A stretch of DNA of 64,000 nt from Clostridia bacterium (GCA_045541135.1 JAZQIO010000006.1:11512-75511), one strand, 5' to 3'; shown: positions 8,728 through 17,603, numbered from the stretch's first letter. The notes: generated by a model not told the origin, from the letters alone. Translations and numbers: made by a program.

Positions 8728-8756
8728 TTGCAATTTCGACCACGATGTGTTATATT
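8728..8756 (+). promoter_or_regulatory. Candidate sigma-A promoter for the AraC regulator
   Basis: TTGCAA, 17 nt, TATATT; divergent from the previous promoter. Confidence 0.4.
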
Positions 8757-8775
8757 TGTGTGGGAGGGATGAAAA

Positions 8776-9630
8776 ATGAAATGTTTTTTTGAAACTTGTT
8801 CAGATGCTGTAGCTTATACTATGGAAGAAAAAAGCTTTGGTATTTTTTATTCTGAAAAGAGAAATCCGAACCCGTTTGTGCACATTCACGAATGCTGTGA
8901 GGTATTCTTTTGCCTTGATGGGGGAAGAAGCTTTCTTATAGATGACAAGGTTTACGATATTTCCGACGGTGATTTGTTTATTATAAATCAGTTTGAGGCA
9001 CACAAGGTTGTTCCATCGGATAAAAGCAATTTTACAAGATATATTCTGCACATTCATCCGTCGTTTATATATTCAAATTCTTACGGTGACGTTAATCTGG
9101 CAGACTGCTTTTATTCCTCGGAGAAGATGACTAAAATTTCACTTACAGAAGAAGAAAAGAAAAAGATGAAATCTTTTTTTGAGGCACTTGACGTTGAACA
9201 TTCCTATGGGGATGAGCTTTATAAAAGAATTGGTGTTACGGAAATTTTGCTTGAAATAAACAGGATGTTTACAGAGCACACCCAAAGCACTTCTTCAAAT
9301 TTCAGCCACAAGACAATTCAGCTTGCGGTTGATTACATAAATAAAAATTTTGCCCTTCCGATTAATATTGAAGATGTTGCACAAAAAAGCTTTGTTTCAC
9401 CAACTCAGCTTTCAAGACTTTTTAAGCGTTATTGCGGTACTACCGTTACAAAATATATTACAAGTAAACGCATAACAGAGGCTAAAAAGCTTTTAGCAAA
9501 CGGTAAAAGCGTTACGGAAGCGGCATTTATGTGCGGCTTTAACGACTATGCCAGCTTTATACGCACCTTTAAAAAGGGCGTAGGTGTTCCACCGGGGAAA
9601 TATAAGGGGAATTTTTTCAGTGCCAAATAA
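8776..9630 (+). CDS. AraC-family transcriptional regulator (cupin sensor + HTH)
   Basis: N-terminal cupin (HIHECCEVFF) and C-terminal AraC HTH (SPTQLSRLFKRY..., FNDYASFIRTFKK). GGGAGGG SD 7 nt before the ATG. Confidence 0.8.
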   Translation: MKCFFETCSDAVAYTMEEKSFGIFYSEKRNPNPFVHIHECCEVFFCLDGGRSFLIDDKVYDISDGDLFIINQFEAHKVVPSDKSNFTRYILHIHPSFIYSNSYGDVNLADCFYSSEKMTKISLTEEEKKKMKSFFEALDVEHSYGDELYKRIGVTEILLEINRMFTEHTQSTSSNFSHKTIQLAVDYINKNFALPINIEDVAQKSFVSPTQLSRLFKRYCGTTVTKYITSKRITEAKKLLANGKSVTEAAFMCGFNDYASFIRTFKKGVGVPPGKYKGNFFSAK

Positions 9631-9725
9631 ACTTTTGCATATTGAAATATATTTTATGTTGTGTTAGAATAACTGTAATGACTTTATATAGGAAAATAAT
9701 TGATTTTAAATTGGAGGAAGATAAA

Positions 9726-10325
9726 ATGTATATTATAAAAAAAACAGAAAACAGAAAGCTTTCAATGTTTGACAAGGCGTGGGACAACGCAAATGTTGCA
9801 GAGGTTAACTGCATAAACTGGAGTGAATTTCACTATGCACCAAATACCACTGCAAAAATTCTTTACAATGACTACGGCATTTATGTACAGATGCAGACAG
9901 ATGAAGAGGAAATTCTTGCAAAGCGCACAAAGCAGAATGATGATGTTTCTAATGACAGCTGTATGGAATTTTTCTTCCGTCCCAATGAAAATGACCCACA
10001 CTACTTAAACTTTGAATTTAATCCTTTCGGTACTATGTATTTTGGCTACCGTACCGACAGATATAATTATATAAATCCCGATGTAAAAAACAGCTTTTTT
10101 GAAGTAGAAACTTTTGTTGATGAGGGTATATGGATTTTGCAGTACTTTGTGCCATTCACCCTTATTGACAGCCTTGCAGGCGGACATACAAAGAAAATGT
10201 ACGGTAACCTTTTTAAGGTTGGTGTGGAAACTGCCATAGAACATTATGTTACATATGCACCAATAAATACAGAAGAACCTGATTTTCACAGGCCTGAGTG
10301 TTTTGTTGAATTCATTCTTGAGTAA
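9726..10325 (+). CDS. Carbohydrate-binding family 9-like (DOMON-like) protein, no signal peptide
   Basis: DSCMEFFFRP...YLNFEFNPFG block is typical of CBM9-like proteins. Start set to ATG 9726 after GGAGGAAG; the ORF opens at 9642. Confidence 0.6.
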   Translation: MYIIKKTENRKLSMFDKAWDNANVAEVNCINWSEFHYAPNTTAKILYNDYGIYVQMQTDEEEILAKRTKQNDDVSNDSCMEFFFRPNENDPHYLNFEFNPFGTMYFGYRTDRYNYINPDVKNSFFEVETFVDEGIWILQYFVPFTLIDSLAGGHTKKMYGNLFKVGVETAIEHYVTYAPINTEEPDFHRPECFVEFILE

Positions 10326-10575
10326 GGCTAAGATTTTGGCGACGAACGTTCAAAGGCAATGAAAAGGTAAATGAAGATAGTGATAATTTTTATTTGTAAT
10401 TATAGTTGTTTGGTAGGAATCCGTAGAAACACGGATTCCTTTTTTGCCTTTGAACTATAAACAAACTTCACCCTTGACGTACCATTGTACGCCTTCGGGT
10501 AACCCTACGGTTCAGTTTGTTCATTCTTCATCCAAAATCCCTACGCCTTTTAAGGCTGTGATTTTGGCGATGAAC
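10323..10575. repeat. Composite repeat region B: 25-bp direct repeats flanking a 12-bp inverted repeat, a terminator hairpin and the type-2 core
   Basis: DR TAAGGCTAAGATTTTGGCGACGAAC (10323-10347, begins with the stop TAA) vs TAAGGCTGTGATTTTGGCGATGAAC (10551-10575). IR GTTCAAAGGCAA 10348-10359 / TTGCCTTTGAAC 10444-10455. Core 10460-10527. Confidence 0.55.
10414..10446 (+). terminator. Rho-independent terminator (hairpin B1)
   Basis: AGGAATCCG / CGGATTCCT 9-bp stem followed by TTTTTT. Confidence 0.6.
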
Positions 10576-10617
10576 CTTTATAGTTGATAGTAGATAGTTG
10601 ATAGTGGATAGTTATGG

Positions 10618-10643
10618 AGGGAACGCAATGCGTTCCTTCTTTT
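10618..10643 (+). terminator. Terminator-like hairpin B2 preceded by GATAGTN tandem repeats
   Basis: AGGGAACGC aat GCGTTCCTT stem, then CTTTT. Upstream lies tagttgatagtagatagttgatagtggatagtta. Confidence 0.45.
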
Positions 10644-10680
10644 AAATTGAAAATTATGGATGATAAACTTCGTTTATCTT

Positions 10681-10706
10681 TTTAAAAAGAAATGCAAAGC
10701 ATTTCT
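10681..10706 (-). terminator. Rho-independent terminator of the AraC gene at 10745-11542
   Basis: Minus strand: AGAAATGC ttt GCATTTCT followed by TTTTTAAA. Confidence 0.55.
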
Positions 10707-10715
10707 ACCAAAACT

Positions 10716-10744
10716 ATTCATTATTCATTATTCATTATTCACTG
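10716..10744. repeat. AATGAATAAT-type tandem motif (reverse orientation) abutting the AraC stop codon
   Basis: The rc reads cagtgaataatgaataatgaataatgaatag, immediately 3' of the minus-strand gene ending at 10745. Confidence 0.5.
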
Positions 10745-11542
10745 TTAATTTTGCTTTGCAAAATTAAATGCCGTTTCGCCCATATACTTTTTAAACATTT
10801 TGCTGAAGTAGTAAATGTCTTCAATATTAACTTCCTTTGCGGCTTCGGATACGCTGAATTCACCTGTTTTCAGTAGTTCCGAAGCTTTTTTTATTTTAAG
10901 CATATTTTTATATTCTATAGGTGACATACCTGTTATTTTTTTAAACTTTCTGCGAAATGTAGCAGGACTTGTAAAGCACATTTTTGCAATTTCGTCTACA
11001 TTAATTTCGTTCATATAATTATTTTCTATATAGAGTATACCTTTATTTATGGTGGAATCCTTGTTATCCTTTGCAAGCACGTCTGTAAGCAGTCCGTTAT
11101 ATATTTCCCAGAATATTGACTGCCCTTTTATTTTGTAACCAAGCTTGCCCTTTTCAAAAACATCTGCAAGTGATAAAAACAGGTTTAAATATATGCCGTA
11201 TTTGTCATTTGATATTACAAACATACTGTCGGATATAACACAGCCGTCTGCCATTGAAAACATTATGGATATAGCCTTGCCCTTTGGATTTTCCTCCCAT
11301 TTTGAAACATAGGTTGCATCGGGAGGAAGATACAAAATATCCCCTTTTTTGGTTACAAGCTTTGTACCGTCTTCTAAAATAAAGGTCTGCACACCCTCTT
11401 GTATATAAAAAAAGCGCTCTGTAGATAACTGCCCCTTTGTACGTACCGTGGTGCGGTCTACCTTTGATATTATATTACTGTAAAGCTTTGAAAGACAAAG
11501 GTCTTTATCTAAAAGCTTTTTTATGTGCTCGGTATTGTTCAA
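10745..11542 (-). CDS. AraC-family transcriptional regulator
   Basis: C-terminal AraC HTH (SPATFRRKFKKITGMSPIEYK..., IEDIYYFSKMFKKY). TTG start with GGGGTGA SD. Confidence 0.8.
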   Translation of the reverse strand: MNNTEHIKKLLDKDLCLSKLYSNIISKVDRTTVRTKGQLSTERFFYIQEGVQTFILEDGTKLVTKKGDILYLPPDATYVSKWEENPKGKAISIMFSMADGCVISDSMFVISNDKYGIYLNLFLSLADVFEKGKLGYKIKGQSIFWEIYNGLLTDVLAKDNKDSTINKGILYIENNYMNEINVDEIAKMCFTSPATFRRKFKKITGMSPIEYKNMLKIKKASELLKTGEFSVSEAAKEVNIEDIYYFSKMFKKYMGETAFNFAKQN

Positions 11543-11693
11543 TGTATCACCCCTTTGATTATATTTTACAAAGTTTGTTGTTGTTTGTCAAATGAAAATA
11601 GGTTTTTGTGATTATATTATACAAATATATGCTTGATTTATCTATTGAAAACAAAAGGCTTATGGTATAAAATAAAATTATGAGGTGAAGTGT

Positions 11694-12941
11694 ATGAAGG
11701 TTAAAATAGGTATAGTTGGTTTTGGAGAATTTTCACTTAGCCATCTTGATATATTTTTAAGGCATCCCGATGTTGAAACGGTGGTGGGTGCAGAGCTTAA
11801 TACTGAAAGAAGAAATGCGGTTTCAAATGAATACGGCATTAAAATGTATCAAAGCTTTGACCAAATGCTTGAAAATGACAAAGATATAAACAGCGTAGGT
11901 ATTTTTACGCCGAGGCATTTGCACGGACCTATGATTATAAAGGCACTAAAGGCAGGGAAAAACGTGTTTTCCGCAGTGCCTATGGGCTGTACAAGGGAGG
12001 AAATATTTGAAATTTTAGATCTTGTAAAAACTACGGGACTTACCTTTGCAATGGCGGAAACCTGTTATTATTTCCCCTGCGCAGTGTGGGCAAGAAAGGC
12101 TAAAAAAGAGGGTAAATTCGGCGATGTTATGTACGGTGAGGCACAGTATTATCACGACATTACTGAAATGCTCGGTGCCTATGAATCCAAAGCTATTGCA
12201 GGCATACCGCCCATGTTTTACGGTACACATTCTGCTGCAATGCTTATATCTGTATTCGGCGAAAGCCCGAAGGAGGTAAGCTGTTTTGGTATTGAGGATA
12301 AAATCGGCGACGGTATTTACGGCAAGGGTGTAAACCCCTGGGACAATTCATTTTCCAACGAAACTGCTGTTGTACGATTTGAAAGCGGTGCACTTGGAAG
12401 ATTAAATGAATTCCGACGCATTGGTACAACAAGACCCTCAAGCTATATAACAGGCATATACGGTAGTAAAGGGGCTTATGAATGTAGTGGCAATCAACAC
12501 TTTTTTTCACAGGGCAAGGTTTTCGGTCAACAGCCACAGTCTTTTGATGTAAGCGATGAAGTCAATACATACACCTTTGTGGAAAATAAGGAAAATATAA
12601 AAGACGGTGCAGGCAGACTTGACTATAAGTACCACACAGGCTGGTCTGCGGTACATAATACAAAACGCCTTCCAAAATGCCTTGTGGAAATGGCGGAGGA
12701 ATACAGGGCAAAAAATGAGCTTTCACAAATCGGTCACAACGGTTCACATTTCTTTACCATAGACGACTTTGTTAAGGCAGTTGTACAGAATCAAATACCG
12801 CCAATTAACGCATGGAGGTCTGCGGAATATACTTTGGTTGGCATTATTGCACACGAAAGTGCTGAACTGGGCGGAAAAACTTTGGAAATACCAAGTGTGG
12901 GAGACCTTCCCACAGACAAGGAGGTTTTGAATTTTGATTAG
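11694..12941 (+). CDS. Gfo/Idh/MocA-family NAD(P)-dependent oxidoreductase
   Basis: MKVKIGIVGFGEFS Rossmann N-terminus. Start set to ATG 11694 after GAGGTGA. Confidence 0.8.
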   Translation: MKVKIGIVGFGEFSLSHLDIFLRHPDVETVVGAELNTERRNAVSNEYGIKMYQSFDQMLENDKDINSVGIFTPRHLHGPMIIKALKAGKNVFSAVPMGCTREEIFEILDLVKTTGLTFAMAETCYYFPCAVWARKAKKEGKFGDVMYGEAQYYHDITEMLGAYESKAIAGIPPMFYGTHSAAMLISVFGESPKEVSCFGIEDKIGDGIYGKGVNPWDNSFSNETAVVRFESGALGRLNEFRRIGTTRPSSYITGIYGSKGAYECSGNQHFFSQGKVFGQQPQSFDVSDEVNTYTFVENKENIKDGAGRLDYKYHTGWSAVHNTKRLPKCLVEMAEEYRAKNELSQIGHNGSHFFTIDDFVKAVVQNQIPPINAWRSAEYTLVGIIAHESAELGGKTLEIPSVGDLPTDKEVLNFD

Positions 12942-13683
12942 TTGTTGTATAGATATGATGTTTTCATACTGCGATTTTTACGATAGGTTTGAGGAAGTTA
13001 AAAAATGCGGTATAGATACAATAGAATTCTGGAAATGGTCAAATAAAATTATAAGTAAAATTCAAGACAGCGGACTTAATGTTTCTGTTTTTAACCTTGA
13101 CAGTACTGACGAAGAGCTTTCCTACCACCTTTCAAGAGGTATTATAAACGACGGCAGAGTTGATGACTTTTTGCAGGCGTTGGAGGAAAGTATACCTGTT
13201 TACAAGGCTTTGGATGCAAAGGCTATGATAGTGCTTATTGGTGAAAATGCACCCTACAGTGAGGAAAATGTTATAAAGTGCTTAAATGCCGCAAAGCCTA
13301 TGCTTAATGAATACGATGTTAACTTGGTTGTAGAGCCTTTAAATAACATAGACAGAGTGGGTTATTCCATGCCCTACGCAAAGCCCGTTTTTGAAATGTT
13401 AAGAAAGGTAGGAAGCCCTCGTATAAAGATGCTTTACGACATTTATCACCAGAATATGATGGGTGATTTTTCAATGGAGGATATAAGGGAAAACATATAT
13501 ATTATAGGACATTTTCACGTTGCTGATGCACCGGGCAGAAACGAGCCGGGTACAGGCAAGGTGGACTATGTAAGCATTTTAAAAGAAATTAAAAAGCTTG
13601 ATTATAAGGGTTATATTGGTCTTGAATACAAGGCTACTCAAAAAGACCAAGCTACGCTTGGCTTTTTAATGAATAATGAATAG
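12934..13683 (+). CDS. Sugar phosphate isomerase/epimerase (xylose-isomerase-like TIM barrel; hydroxypyruvate isomerase-like)
   Basis: 249-aa ORF; HFHVADAPGRNEPGTG and GLEYK motifs. TTG 12934 lies 9 nt after GAGG. The C-terminal MNNE* is encoded by the AATGAATAAT repeat. Confidence 0.7.
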   Translation: MISCCIDMMFSYCDFYDRFEEVKKCGIDTIEFWKWSNKIISKIQDSGLNVSVFNLDSTDEELSYHLSRGIINDGRVDDFLQALEESIPVYKALDAKAMIVLIGENAPYSEENVIKCLNAAKPMLNEYDVNLVVEPLNNIDRVGYSMPYAKPVFEMLRKVGSPRIKMLYDIYHQNMMGDFSMEDIRENIYIIGHFHVADAPGRNEPGTGKVDYVSILKEIKKLDYKGYIGLEYKATQKDQATLGFLMNNE

Positions 13684-13702
13684 TTAATAATGAATAATGA
13701 AG
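13668..13702. repeat. AATGAATAAT-type tandem motif spanning a stop codon
   Basis: aatgaataatgaatagttaataatgaataatgaa. It supplies the last codons and the stop of the TIM-barrel gene. Confidence 0.5.
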
Positions 13703-13705
13703 GAA

Positions 13706-13937
13706 GGGAATGTAAAAAAAGTCCAGAACGCAAGAAAAAACAAAAAGCAAGATATTATCAATAAAATAATCGAATTAAATTTATGAAAACAAGGTAGAAA
13801 AATCGAAATTGTTCGATTTTTCATAAAATTACTTTTTTCTTGCTATGAACAAACCTCCCCCGAGCCGTACCATCGTACTGTCTCGGGTCACCCCTTCGAT
13901 TCGGTTTGTCCATTCTGAAACATTTTTTCCTATCCCC
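13706..13937. repeat. Intergenic repeat type 2, copy C (232 bp)
   Basis: Left end GGGAATGTAAAAAAAGTCCAGA is identical to copy A; rc of right end is GGGGATAGGAAAAAATGTTTCAGA. Shares the GAACAAACYTCMCC ... GGTTYRGTTTGTCCATTCTGAA core. Confidence 0.6.
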
Positions 13938-13963
13938 TCTAAAACAAAATCAAGGGACTGTAA

Positions 13964-13996
13964 CAAATTTTTACAGTCCATTTTTTATTACACTGA
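13964..13996. terminator. Bidirectional terminator between convergent units
   Basis: GGACTGTAA caaattt TTACAGTCC with T-runs on both strands. Confidence 0.6.
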
Positions 13997-14027
13997 GCAC
14001 CGATGAATAGTGCCCTACTTATAGTGT

Positions 14028-16088
14028 CTAATTTTCATTTATCATATAATTATAAACCATAACAACAGCTTCTGCCCTTGTGATAGGTGTTTTAGGCTTC
14101 AAATAACCGCCGTTTCCGCAAATTACATTCATACCCGTAAGTATTGCAGGGTAGCCTATTTTACCCTCTGAAAGCAAATTTTCGTCTGCATATTCAACCT
14201 TGAATATATTTGAAAGTTTTGCAACCCTATCAAGTCCGTCAAGGCGTACCATATACACAAACGCATCTTCACGCAGTACCTGACCGTCGGGATTTTTTTC
14301 TTCTTCTGTTAATATGCCGTCATATATAAAGTTTTCATAAAGCATATCTTGGGGATATGTAAGATAATCCTGATAATGTATACCTGCCGCAAAAAGTCTT
14401 AGTAAATCATACTGACTGATTGGTGCATCGGGATTGAATTTATCTCCGTCAAAGCCAATTTGTATTTCTGCAAGCTTGTTAATTTTTTCTTCAGCCCAAT
14501 GACCTTTAAGGTCAGAATATTCATAGCTTTTCTGTTCGTGATATATTTCTTCTTTATATTCTTCACCCGTAAAGGCGTCTATCAAAGTACCATATTCCTT
14601 CAATGTAAAACAAGGGATATATTCGCCGCCTGACAATACCCATATACACTTAATAGTAGTAATGTCAAACAAGCATTTAGTAGCCATATTATTTGAAATT
14701 ACGTTTGATGCATCATCAAAAACCTTGTCGTTTTCAAAATCAAGACGGTAACTTATAATTTTATTTGTTTTAACATTAAAGGTTACATTAATACCGTCAT
14801 CAATATATCTTATATCATTTACATAACGGTCAAAATCAAAGGAACATTCATTATTGTAACCGTTAATTTCCTGTTCTCTGCACTGAGCCGATTCCTCCGG
14901 TGCAACAGCTTTCAAAAATTCATCAACCTTTTCAGAGGCATCCTCTTTCTGTTTATCCGTAAGTTCGTTGCTTTCATAATCATACTTACCGCCGGAATAC
15001 AAACTTAAAACTTTACCGCTTTCACCGTCAAAACTTGCAGTAAGATATTTGTAATCATCTTTATTACTTGTTTCATAGCGAAGACTTACTATGTATTTTT
15101 CATCACTTTTTGTTATGTTATATGAAGCAAGTTCCATATCAGAATCGATGCTTACATAAGGAAGACTTTTCAAATACTTCTGTGCCTCATCTTTTGAAAT
15201 CAATCCTTCCACATTTGCAAGCTCTTTAATTTCCTGTTCTGTCAGCATATTTTTATTGGTTTCAACTGCTGCTTCATCTCTTAATATGCCTCCACCGGAA
15301 CCACCGAAAATAATATTTTCGCTTTCATCCTCATACACTCTGTCATAAGGATACACCGCTGAAACAAATCCGTAATCAGCATCCTTACTGCGGTAAACCA
15401 GAACTGTTTTATTTTCATCATCTTCATTGTTGTAGGAATTCGCATCTTTGTATATCAATTCCATTGGAAATACATTTATATAGTGGTGTTCTCCCGTAGC
15501 ATCAGGTGTTTTTGTTGTCCACTTTGCATCATAGTTATAGTTGACATTCATATTTCTTATATACGGTATGTCATCGTAAACTACAATTCGTAAATCCGCA
15601 TAATTATCCTTAACTTCTTTCATTCCGGAATACCGTCTGAAAGTAAGCCTGTATGTATTATTACTTACAAACCAGGATTCGGCGTCAAACTCAAATGCTT
15701 CAGCATCAGCATAAACTTCCGGCAAAGCTCTTTGCAGGAAATTTTCTGCAAATTTTACTATATCTCCTTTGGAAAGTGACGTAAGTTTTTTTTCAGACTT
15801 TAATAAATTGTCATAAAAATAATATCTGTTAATTCTGCCCTGTTCGTCACAGGATACTTCAATATGTGCATTACCATCTTCCTTAGCCCAACTGAATGTA
15901 TAGTTTGTCTTGCCGTTTTCATCATAGGCGTAGGGACTGAATTCCGTATATTCTCCGGGGATATCAACCTTGGATTTTACGTTCAACAATACAGTTTCCA
16001 TGGCCTTTGAGGCATCGTTATCCGCAAACACCGCAGTACATGATAAAACCATAACCGTTACCAATAAAATGCTGATAATTTTTTTCAT
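14028..16088 (-). CDS. Secreted SLH-domain cell-surface protein (large N-terminal region of unknown function)
   Basis: Signal peptide MKKIISILLVTVMVLSCTAVFA. C-terminal SLH-like repeats (DLKGHWAEEKINKLAE..., KPKTPITRAEAVVMVYNY). Confidence 0.65.
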   Translation of the reverse strand: MKKIISILLVTVMVLSCTAVFADNDASKAMETVLLNVKSKVDIPGEYTEFSPYAYDENGKTNYTFSWAKEDGNAHIEVSCDEQGRINRYYFYDNLLKSEKKLTSLSKGDIVKFAENFLQRALPEVYADAEAFEFDAESWFVSNNTYRLTFRRYSGMKEVKDNYADLRIVVYDDIPYIRNMNVNYNYDAKWTTKTPDATGEHHYINVFPMELIYKDANSYNNEDDENKTVLVYRSKDADYGFVSAVYPYDRVYEDESENIIFGGSGGGILRDEAAVETNKNMLTEQEIKELANVEGLISKDEAQKYLKSLPYVSIDSDMELASYNITKSDEKYIVSLRYETSNKDDYKYLTASFDGESGKVLSLYSGGKYDYESNELTDKQKEDASEKVDEFLKAVAPEESAQCREQEINGYNNECSFDFDRYVNDIRYIDDGINVTFNVKTNKIISYRLDFENDKVFDDASNVISNNMATKCLFDITTIKCIWVLSGGEYIPCFTLKEYGTLIDAFTGEEYKEEIYHEQKSYEYSDLKGHWAEEKINKLAEIQIGFDGDKFNPDAPISQYDLLRLFAAGIHYQDYLTYPQDMLYENFIYDGILTEEEKNPDGQVLREDAFVYMVRLDGLDRVAKLSNIFKVEYADENLLSEGKIGYPAILTGMNVICGNGGYLKPKTPITRAEAVVMVYNYMINEN

Positions 16089-16117
16089 TCAGTCCATCTC
16101 CTTTTAATTGTCAATTT

Positions 16118-17113
16118 TTAATTATTAAAATAAGCCGATGATATCACCATATCATATACAGCAGAAGAATTATTTGTTTCGACATTATAAACAATGTAAT
16201 AATCCTCACATTTTACAGCAAAATTCATATAGCCGTCAGATTTAATATTTTTTATTTCTTCGGGAGTTAAAACCTGTTCGTAAAAATTGTAATCACCGTC
16301 TTTGAAAACAGATACCGACATATAATTTCCAATATCATTCTTAAACACTACCTTTAATCTGTTTGTATATTCTATAGCGTTGTAGAAATTAAATTTATCG
16401 GTATACACAACCGGCATAAACTGCGAATAAATGCTATGATTCATAACCTCTGTAATCGTAAGGCTTTTATAAGCGCCAGCTGCACTGCCGCCACCGCTTG
16501 CAGAGCCACCTCCGCCACCGCCACCGGCAGAATATGTTCCTCCGTATTTCTCTTCATCATTAACAGGATCACTTTCTTCCGGTACATTTTCGACATTATC
16601 CGAATCTGCCGGTTCAGACGGAGCAGGTGCAATACGTGTATTTTCCTCCGGATTAAGCATAGCTACCATTGGATAGTCTTCCGTAAATTCGTCCTCCAAT
16701 TCAGGATATGCTTTATTCAATTCTTCTGACAAGCTTTCTTCCGATGTCGTTGGAATTTGTTCAACCGGATGAACATTTTCTGTTTCAGTATTAAGGTTAA
16801 CCTGATTATCGGACAATTTATTTTGTTCATCACTTTTTTGATTAATGTTTACAGCATATGTTGAAGTGCTGTTTCCTTCTGTAGTCTGAGGTGTATGTAC
16901 TACGGGTCCTACATTTTTTCCCAAATTAGAATATACTGCCACAAAAACACCTACTGCCACAACAGCTGCAATTGAAACAAATTTGTATCTGTTTAATCTT
17001 ACTACCTTAACAGGCTTTTCTTTTGCAGCCATAATACCTGCCAAAATTTTTTCTTTTTGTTCTTTTGTAGGAGTTACGGAATCAAAACAGTCTGTTAATT
17101 CTTCAATCCTCAT
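16118..17113 (-). CDS. Putative anti-sigma factor (single-pass membrane protein, Gly-rich linker)
   Basis: Overlaps the sigma gene stop by 11 nt. One TM (FVSIAAVVAVGVFVAVY) and an extracytoplasmic domain. The role is assigned by position only. Confidence 0.5.
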   Translation of the reverse strand: MRIEELTDCFDSVTPTKEQKEKILAGIMAAKEKPVKVVRLNRYKFVSIAAVVAVGVFVAVYSNLGKNVGPVVHTPQTTEGNSTSTYAVNINQKSDEQNKLSDNQVNLNTETENVHPVEQIPTTSEESLSEELNKAYPELEDEFTEDYPMVAMLNPEENTRIAPAPSEPADSDNVENVPEESDPVNDEEKYGGTYSAGGGGGGGSASGGGSAAGAYKSLTITEVMNHSIYSQFMPVVYTDKFNFYNAIEYTNRLKVVFKNDIGNYMSVSVFKDGDYNFYEQVLTPEEIKNIKSDGYMNFAVKCEDYYIVYNVETNNSSAVYDMVISSAYFNN

Positions 17114-17603
17114 AACTATCCTCCTCCAGTAATATTTTTAATTTTTCTCTACCCTTCGCCATATATGTACGAATTGTAGAGTGCTTTGTATTTAACATTT
17201 CAGAAATCTCGGATGTGGAATATCCTTCGTAATAGTAAAGATATATTGGCATACGGTATTTTTCATCCAATGAAAACACCTTTTCCAACAAGTCTTTTTT
17301 GCTGTCATCATCTACATACGACTGTTCGGGAGCGTCTTCAATATTATCTCTTTTTGCCCTGAACCAATGCTTCAGCATATTTTTACACTCATTTTGAGCG
17401 GTGACAATAAACCACGCCTTTAAATGTTCTTCGCTTTCAAACTCTTTATTGTCATTCATGTACTTTATAAAGACATTTTGAGTCGCATCTTCTGTTTCAG
17501 ATACATTTTTAAGCATCATAAAGCAAACCCTGTAGACTGTATCCACATATTTTTCGTAAACCCGAGTAATTTCTTCGTCCGTACGTAACGCAGAATTACC
17601 CAA
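17103..17603 (-). CDS. ECF-type sigma-70 family RNA polymerase sigma factor
   Basis: Region 2 (DATQNVFIKY) and region 4 (YYEGYSTSEISEMLNTKHSTIRTYMAKGREKL). The ORF opens at 17633, but GGAGGTGA, 5 nt, then TTG at 17603 is the better start. Confidence 0.75.
   Translation of the reverse strand: MGNSALRTDEEITRVYEKYVDTVYRVCFMMLKNVSETEDATQNVFIKYMNDNKEFESEEHLKAWFIVTAQNECKNMLKHWFRAKRDNIEDAPEQSYVDDDSKKDLLEKVFSLDEKYRMPIYLYYYEGYSTSEISEMLNTKHSTIRTYMAKGREKLKILLEEDSYED

Noticed and set aside
9642-9725. Upstream start (9642) for the CBM9-like protein, giving a 227-aa product.
   Set aside because: There is no SD at 9642, and the added residues (MKYILCCVRITVMTLYRKIIDFKLEEDK) look non-native. A GGAGGAAG SD precedes ATG 9726.
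10581-10616. GATAGTN and AATGAATAAT tandem repeats as a CRISPR array or minisatellite locus.
   Set aside because: Units are 7-10 bp with no spacers, and only 3-4 copies each. No cas genes are present.
16480-16530. GGN-rich stretch encoding the poly-Gly linker of the anti-sigma candidate, as a slippage or phase-variation tract.
   Set aside because: The codons are mixed (GGC/GGT/GGA/GGG with interspersed Ser/Ala codons), so it is not a perfect simple repeat.
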